From positions 3,100,001-3,164,000 of the forward strand of contig CM102288.1 of assembly GCA_046563655.1 (NCBI GenBank): DNA of 64,000 nt, in the 5' to 3' direction. The DNA is from Yuukianura sp. NJ FZ-2021 (lineage: Eukaryota). The position numbers and the translations under genes are program-made. This document shows, one piece after another, positions 56,074-64,000 of this stretch (its first letter is position 1; every line of letters begins with the position of its first letter). Below the pieces are notes generated by a model that saw nothing but the letters and a program-made list of their open reading frames with translations, made no database searches and was not told where the DNA came from.

Positions 56074-57323
56074 TCAAGCGATGAAGCTGCCATCCTTGAT
56101 TGGAACTGACAGCTGATTGTACGGTCCGAGGCTCTGTTGGTCCTCTTCAAGAAGCTTCATCAAGCTCTGGGTGTCAGCGTCCGCAGCGAGGTCGCGTGGC
56201 ATTGACTTTCCCTTGACCCCAAAGCCCTTGTCGTTGATGGAAGCGACGAATGGAAGTGTGTAGATTCCATTGGGTGATGGTGGAGCGACAGCAAAGTAAG
56301 TACCAGCAGCAGGTTGTATTCGCAGACGGAACAGCATGATGGTCATAAGCAATCCGCAGAAACCAATCAGCGTTTCGGTAATCCCTCCCCCAATGGCAAT
56401 CAAGTCGTAGTACTGTTCTTCAAAGTATCGGTACACCCAGTTACCAATATAGAATCCTAGAAAGTTAGACAATTACTGTAGATTACTTGCCACAAACTTC
56501 TAATTAGTGGCATATTGTGCCTGACAAGTTACCTCGGTACATAAACATGCCAGTAACGTATGTCATCAGGAAGGGATCGATGTGACCCCCTCTATAGGTC
56601 ATGTAGAACTGTGGAATCATGGCCACTGCCTCCTAAGTATGTTTGAGTTGAATTAAAGTTGAATTAAACTAATTAACATAAATTATGCTTGCACTAACCA
56701 TATAGATGCTCCAAGTCCAGCAAATTTCGAGCACTGTGTCGTCATGTTTCAGAATCAGCGACAAAGCCGTGACGGGGAGGATTAAAAGCTCGATCCTGAG
56801 GTTAGAGACATCACAAAATGTTAGCAGAAGTAGAAGTTTATCAAGTTCCTGATAAGTGATGATTGATTGTAAAGTTATCATTGTTACCAAAAAGTATCAA
56901 ACTTCTTCTGATAATCATCCTTGAGTAACCACGGAATGGTAACGACTGGAATCAAGGTGGTAACGATCAAGAAGATCTTCATACCCGAGTTGTAGTAACT
57001 GATGAAACTGTACAACAGGTCGACATAGCGGGCAAGGTACGTCGCAGTGTACAAAAACAGAGCTTTCCATGATACGCCTGTAATTCAGTCGAAACCAAGT
57101 TATTAAATCAATCATCTTTAACTAATTGACCCCACTTTAAGTATCGAAGGCATAACTTTATGACAATATTGTATGTTAATTCAGTAAGATTGATTAGATT
57201 GATAATCTAAAAAGTACTCATTGAATTACCAGCAGCTGATGACCTTGTGAAGTAGAGCTTGACAAGTAGGACCAAGATGGCCACGACGTGTGACCCATCA
57301 GCAATGGCCCGAAACCCGTTCAT
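56074..57323 (-). CDS. Divergent ER lumen protein-retaining (KDEL/ERD2) receptor-like protein with extended C-terminal tail
   Basis: MNGFRAIADGSH, ARYVDL, WTWSIYM|EAVAMIPQF and MYR|GFYIGNWVYRY..DLIA align by eye to KDELR; 5 exons. Confidence 0.88.
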
Positions 57324-58073
57324 TGTTAAGGGTCAACCAGGGTAACTTTTAAACAAAAGTTAACGAATGTCTACGGAGGACTTTATCCAGAACTTTCTGC
57401 GTATTAACCACAAAGTGTTTTTTCACACCTCCTAATAAATAGCACTCTCTCACTCTCCTTAACAAAGCAAAGAAAGGGACAGAGAAAGGACAAACAGAAA
57501 ATCAAAGACTTATGAATACGGATACACTTCCGAACCCTACCGACAACACATGACTCAATTTTTTTGCAATAATTGCGAAAAGGTAAAAACAGAGAGGCGT
57601 CAATTTTCGCACAATTGATATCCGACACGGCAACGTTCCTAATGTTGAGGTTTTACATCAGGATATGGATGACGTAGGAACAGAAGAAGGTGGGAAGCAA
57701 TTTGCAATTTGCAAACGGAAAATTTCTAGATTTTTTGCATCTTCATAATCACACAATGGTCTTTTGAGATGCCGAGATAGCACTATAGCAGATGCAGTAT
57801 GCAGTGTGCAAAAAAAAAGTTTGCAAAAAGTAGACCATTCACAATCTTATTAACGTTTTCGGCAATAATGGAAAAATTTTCTGGGTAATTGCGGTTATTA
57901 GATAACCATCTGTGACGTTTTTGTCGATTATTTTCAAGAATAGTTTATTATTTTGCAAAATACTTGAAATTCAATATATTCAAAATATTTAATATATTTT
58001 GGAAATATTTAATTCCAAAAACTGAATCTTTCTGCAAATCTTCAAATTTTTGCAATCAATTTGGTCAGATTCG

Positions 58074-59150
58074 CTACCAATTGAGTTTCGTTCCATTGGC
58101 TTCATAAAAGTTACCATTATGTGACTCGTTAAGTGACTGGAGGAAGGTGACGAAATTTTTGGCACTTTGTTCCGTCGTCAACGGTGCTTTTGGTCCCCCC
58201 ATTTCCGTTTTGACCCAGCCAGGATGCACAGCTACTGCCAGTATCTTTTTATTTCGAAAATCTATGCTCATGGATCTTGTAGCCGCGTTTTGAGCTGCCT
58301 GAGATTTTCGAAATTTCAATTTCCCTAAACAAAAGTGTGAAAAAGTAAACTTGACCTTTGACCTCAGCTCACCTTGCTACAGCGATAGGGATACATTCCC
58401 CCATTTTCATTATTTGCTTCAATTGAGCCTAAAATTGACGTCAGATTGATCACGGCTGCTCTGGAAATTCCATAATCAGAAGATGGAGAGGAATCAGCTG
58501 CTTTTTCCAGCAGAGGCAGGAAGCTCTACAAAATACAAATTAAGCAATTTTTAAGGAAACTTTTTAGTCACTTTTTTTTGGTCAAAAGGTCACTGACCTT
58601 TGTGAGTAGGATTGGAGCTATTGTGTTGACTAGGAAGTTTTCAACTAAACTTTCTTTTCGAACACCACTTAATTTGGTGTACTTGGATCCTACGCCGGCA
58701 TTGTTTATGAGTACATTTATTCCTTCGTCATTTGTAGCTTTTTTGACAGTATTCGCCACTTGGTCAAATTTCGAATCATCATGGATATCTAACAGTTCAA
58801 GGACAACAAAAAACTGCTGCTTTTAGAAAATTTTGAACAATTTATGAAGGTCAAGGTAGAATTTTTACCAAGTTGGATGAGGTGGACGGAAGAATTTTGC
58901 TTGGCTAGTTCAAAGAGGTCCTAAAGAAAAAAATGTAAAACATAAACAGAAACATAAAATTACGTTACTTCGAAGAGCGAAATTTTCATAGAAAAAACAA
59001 GCACTGCAATTTTAAATTTTGTGGTTGTACCGTAGAGTTGTTTTCATTTCTGAACGTTGCAAACAACTGTTTTGGTTTGAGAACTTTGATGATTTCTTTA
59101 GTATAAGCTAGCCCCAGACCACGATTGGCCCCGGTAATAAACACTCGCAT
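58074..59150 (-). CDS. Short-chain dehydrogenase/reductase, sniffer / C-factor (CsgA)-like
   Basis: [31 protein letters not shown] (YxxxK) and [11 protein letters not shown]. Confidence 0.93.
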
Positions 59151-59409
59151 GACCTTTGACCTCTAACAACACAATGTCAAATTACCTAAATGCATTACAG
59201 TAAACAGAGTACTAGAAACACTAAAAATGTAGTTAATAAACAACTTTTTGAACTGACATTCAATGATGATGAATTTTGTGAATTTCAAGCATTTGACAGG
59301 AGTTGCACACACAAAAATTCAAATTCCGCACATTCTTACTTGTTCAGAACTTTATGTTTAGGAAAAATCTTTTTGATTTTAAAAAGCAGCGCTTGTGAAA
59401 AATTAAAAT

Positions 59410-60013
59410 CATAACTTGAACGCCGTTCACCTTTGTTTGCACTGAAAACTTTTCTACAAAAGCTGTTGTTTAGTTAAACAAATTTAAGCGGCGTACAAGC
59501 TATACTGCCGCTAAGAATTTTATTACTTACTAAGACTTTAATTTGATTCTGACTTTTCTCAGATTAGATTTTGACTTGATTTTGATTTGTCAGTTTCAAA
59601 TGAAATAAAATGGAAATTGGAAATAATACATCTTGTGTTATTTGGAAAAGTGTAAGTTTTTTTTTGGATAAATTGGAACACGCTTTGGCTTGGAAGAGTT
59701 TAAAATTTGATTTCAGAGCGTTAAGTAAAATCAAGACAAGGACATCCCTTTGTGGCTAAACACTAACTAGCGGTAATTGTGCGCATAAATCAATTCAATT
59801 AATTAATTAATTGAATTAGTTGATAACTTAATCACAAACTTATTGATTGTCGCACTCCGGAAATCAAAATTCCAAACAGTCTCAGGAAGACTGGGATACT
59901 GTTAGCGGGTGAATTTTTTCGAAATTCTCTAGGCAAAAAGCTTTTAGAATGTTCCGATTAGTCACTTTGGTAGTTTTGCTCGGTTTTTTTTTTCAAATGG
60001 AGATGCTTTTGTG
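59410..60013 (+). pseudogene. Remnant (promoter plus frameshifted first exon) of a third copy of the downstream secreted-protein gene
   Basis: 59410-59950 parallels 60075-60640 and 62335-62800. ATG 59949 begins MFRLVTLVVLLG, has a +2 poly-T frameshift and is truncated at ...GATGCTTTTGTG (60013). Confidence 0.85.
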
Positions 60014-60637
60014 TTAAATTTCTCAATGTAAAATGAGCAAATGTCCAACTGGAAAAGGATCAAAATCAAAATCAACAACTTGAACGCCATTCACCTTCGT
60101 GCAACTTCAAATATTTTCAAGGCACGGCACGATCCCTTTTTATATGAAAAGTTTATCTGGCTGAGAAATTATACTGCAGTTGGGCATTTTCTAATTTCTA
60201 AGATTTGATTTTGAGTTTGTCAGATTGAATTTTGACTTCATTTTGATTTTGAATTTTGACTTCATTTTGATTTTGCAGTTTGAAATAAAGAACGTTGGAA
60301 ACTACATTCATCTTATGTGAAGATTTACAAAAAGTGAACGTCTGTGAAAAAAAAAGATTGAAATGAAATGGAATATGATTGGAGTTATTAACATATAATT
60401 TCCGAGTGTGTTGAAAAACAAACAAATATTGTCCGTACTTCCGGGTTACTTACTAACTTGGAGGCTAACCACAAATTAACGGTAATTGTGGAATAATTTG
60501 ATAAGTTCAAATACGAATTCAATTGATTTTGGCATAAACACCTTCCGGAAACGAAATTTGAAACAAAGTCTTAGGAAGACTGCGACACATTTAGCGGGTG
60601 AAGCTTCTCAAAATTCTTTGGGAAAAAAGTTTTTAGA

Positions 60638-61934
60638 ATGTTGCGATTGGTGACCTTGGTCGTTTTGCTCGGGATTGTTTCAAATGGAGATGCTTTTGTG
60701 AAATGGACTGGGCTACGAGGTACATTAAAAACTTCAAAGTACTACTTTTTCTGAATTTTTTTTTTTGAAATTTTGATTTGAAACAGTTACGTGGTGCTAC
60801 AATGCAAAACCAGAGGATACGGAGTGTATGGAAGCCATTCCGAGAACAGTGCATGACGCAGAAGCTGCTGGATACGAAGAAATCAAAACCACTGGAGGAT
60901 GTTACCATCATGGAAGATTTCATGGACGAAGATTCGCCCAAAAAGATAACATTGACATCACTCCTCTTTACGACATCAACGGAATCATCGCTGGACTTCA
61001 AATTAATGTAAAACCACAAAAAAAATTGATTTTTTGTTTAAGTTTTATGCAAAAGTCTTTTTTAGCGGGCAAAATCCGAATTGTTTGCAAAACCAAACCC
61101 GTACCAGTACAGCAGAGTTCCAATGTTCCAGAGCGATGTCATCCGGGGAACTCCAATCTACACCCACACGTTCTACTTTGTCAACCCAGGTAGCCTTAAC
61201 AAAAATTCCATTTTTTTGAAATTTTGAACTTTGAGGTTTTCGAAATCATTGAAATTTGAAATTTTGACCCATAGACAGAATCTGTAGAGGAGGACGAACA
61301 GAACAGGAGCTGGAGGAGGAAGGCACTGGAACTGGATTGTGGATCCAAAATGGACCGAATACGCATGAGCAGAACTTGGTTCGAGCACCGCTGTACCGAG
61401 ACGCTGCAATTGAGCAACAATGGAATGATAATCTTTGTGTTGACACAATGGGTAACGTTTTATAAAAAATAATCAGAAAAAAAAAATCGTCGGTTTTTGA
61501 AATTTGAAATTTTAGGTCACCACAATTACTACAATGCTCGATCTATGCAACCGAGAAATTGCACAGTCATGCGCCCAACGTTTTTGATCTACAATAATGA
61601 TGGGGAGCTCCATGGTTTTGGCAGTGTCGGTGTTGGAACTGTCCAGTCAAACCGATTTGAGCGTCCTGATATCCCTGCATTGCTGGTAGGTTTTCTAAAT
61701 TATATTTTAATGTTTATTATATTATATAAATCATTACAATTTTTGACCTTAACCTTTGCCCTTCAGTCGGGACTTGGAGACAGAACTCCCGAGTGCATGA
61801 AGGAATTCGACGTTGACCTTGGATTTAGCAATGTCCACATGTTCCTTGTGGACAATCCCTTGGAAATCAAATGTAAGCCATGGGTTCAAGTGGCCCATTC
61901 CAGGAACATCTATGACAAACCCAACTCAAAATAA
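60638..61934 (+). CDS. Uncharacterised secreted protein, copy 1 (6 exons)
   Basis: Signal peptide MLRLVTLVVLLGIVSNGDA, then KWTGLR|VTW, LYDINGIIAGLQ, HTFYFVNP|DRIC, GTGTGLWIQNG, M|GHHNYY and SNVHMFLVDNP; canonical splice sites; TAA 61932-61934. Confidence 0.85.
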
Positions 61935-62796
61935 ATGTTTTGAGTTGATTAAACCTTGTTAGCTTCAAAGGATTTAAAACATAAAATCAAATAAAAAGTA
62001 TAAAGATGTTTAACTTTAACAATTTAAACTAAAAGGTAACAACAGTTGACTTTTTTTTCTATTTAACCACGTAAAAAGTGATTTGTGTTAAATTTCTCAA
62101 AGTAAAATGTGAAAATGTCTGAAAAGGGGAGTAAGGTGACGAAGTTTAAACTCTTCCGTATTATTTACCGTAAACAAACGGTACAAGTTGTACACTTACA
62201 TTCCACGGTTCTTATCTACAGCCAATCAGAGACAAGATATCATTCATAATCTTGGAGGCAGGAGAAGTAAGCGTGATTACACCTTATTTGAATGATTTTT
62301 TTTTTGAATTGGCGTCTCCCGCTAACTTTGAATTCACAATTTGAACGCCGTCCATTTTTGCTGCGCCTGAAATATTTTCCAGGTATAACTTTCCTTTTGA
62401 TAAAAACTTGTCGCGTTACATTGTGAAACTGCCGTTGGGAATTTTCTAATTTACTAAAATTTGAATTTTCTTACATTTAAAATTTAACTGGATTTCTAAA
62501 ATTTAAGTGAAAGTTTATCATTGGATAAATTGGAACGCTGTTGGTTTGAGGAGTAGTAGTACAGAGTATATTGTAAAAAAAAGACAAAAGCTGTACGCAT
62601 TATACCCGGCGACTAATTTTGCGGCTTGCCACTAACTAACTGTAATTGTGAAATCATTTGATCACTTAATTACAAACTTAATTGATTGTGGGCTAGACAC
62701 TTTCCAGAATCAAAATTTAGAACACATTCTAGTGAAGTCCACTCAGGAAGCCGAGTTTGACGAGCATCGAATTTTGAAAATTCATTTTTCAAAAAT

Positions 62797-64000
62797 ATGT
62801 TTCGAATTTTGACCTTGGTCCTGTTCTTGGCAATTATATCAAATGGAGATGCTTTTGTGAAATGGACTGGGCTGAGAGGTAGGGTAGAATCAAAACTTCA
62901 AAACACGTTATGCTTTTAGTTTTTTGTTTAAATTTTGATTTGAAACCAGTCACATGGTGCTACAATCCAAAACCGGAAGAAACCCAATGCTTCGAAGCCA
63001 TTCCGAGAACAGCACATGAAGCAGAAGCTGCTGGATACGAAGAAATCAAAACTACTGGAGGATGTTACCATCATGGAAGATTTCATGGACGAAGATTCGC
63101 CAAAAAAGATAACATTGACATCACTCCTCTGTATGACATCAATGGAATCATAGCTGGACTTCAAATTCATGTAAATCCACAAAGATTTTGTTGTTTTAAA
63201 AAAGTTATACACAAAAGTCTTAAATTTTAGCGGCCAAAATCCGAATTGTTTGCAAAACCAAACCCGTATCAATATAGCAGAGTTCCAGTGTTCCAGAGTG
63301 ACGTCATCCGGGGAACTCCAGTCTACACCCACACGTTCTACTTTGTCCACCCAGGTAGCCATTAGTACAAAAATTCCATTTTTGAAATTTTGAACTTTGA
63401 GGTTTTAGAAATCATTGAAATTTGAAATTTTGACCAATAGACAGGATCTGCAGAGGAGGACGGACAGAACAGGAGCTGGAGGAAGAAGGCACTGGAACTG
63501 GACTGTGGATCCAAAATGGACCGAATACGCATGAGCACAACTTGATTCGCGTACCGCTGTACCGGGACGCTGCAATTGAGCAACGCTGGAGCGATAATCG
63601 TTGTGTTGACACGATGGGTAACGGTTTTTGAAAAATCGCAAAACTTAAAACATCGTTCGTCTTTTGAAATTGAAATTTTAGGTCAGCACAATTACTATGA
63701 TGTTCCATCTATGCAACCCACGAATTGTACAGTCATGCGCCCAATGTTCTTGACGTTCAATAATGAAGGGGAGCTCCACGGTTATGGCAGTGTCGGTATG
63801 GGAACTTTACAGTCAAACCGATTTGAGCGACCTGATGATTCTGGTGTAATGGTAGGATTTTTATGAAATCTGAACTTCTAAATTTCAAGTAAGTGCTAGA
63901 CCTTGACCTTTGACCCTCTAGCTGGCAGTGCTTGGAGAGAAGACTCCCCAGTGCCAGAAGGACTATGCAATGGACCCTGGATACAGCAATGTCCATGTCT
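62797..64000 (+). CDS. Uncharacterised secreted protein, copy 2 (3' end outside window)
   Basis: Exon-for-exon paralog of 60638-61934, starting MFRILTLVLFLAIISNGDAFVKWTGLR. Confidence 0.85.

Noticed and set aside
52395..59150. Horizontal transfer of allantoinase or the CsgA-like SDR from bacteria
   Set aside because: Both have multiple spliceosomal introns and belong to families with ordinary animal members; nothing in the sequence indicates recent transfer.

Overview
Gene-dense eukaryotic DNA with very short (about 55-95 nt) GT-AG introns, from a compact-genome arthropod. It is probably a hexapod such as a springtail, inferred from the closca-, tadr- and sniffer-like genes and motile-axoneme genes; the species cannot be fixed from the sequence. 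About 17 spliced protein-coding genes can be reconstructed: a partial Ser/Arg-rich ORF at the left edge, RNase Z (ELAC2), a PG-repeat sperm-tail protein head-to-head with DRC1, SMC3, TMEM104, a closca-like EAR/EPTP protein, a TARP/claudin-like gene with a G-alpha12/13 gene nested antisense in its intron, trifunctional GART, a tadr-like SLC7 transporter, two tandem DOMON-cytochrome b561 (FRRS1-like) genes, allantoinase, a divergent KDEL-receptor paralog, a sniffer-like SDR and two tandem copies of an uncharacterised secreted protein preceded by a deleted third copy. The most notable unexplained signals are: (1) the FRRS1-like pair, with an unusual Cys-rich head on a Thr-rich mucin stalk and patchy head divergence over a near-identical body; (2) about 10 exact copies of the nuclear-receptor DR1 motif TGACCTTTGACC, often at start codons and splice sites; (3) a 70-bp all-palindrome mini-transposon with an 8-bp TSD and an empty site in the paralog; (4) PATC-like phased A/T introns; (5) a KDEL-receptor paralog lacking the retrieval determinants. 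There is one 100-N assembly gap (53537-53636). Gene models were spliced by eye, family assignments rest on recognised motifs rather than database searches, and internal exon boundaries are approximate.
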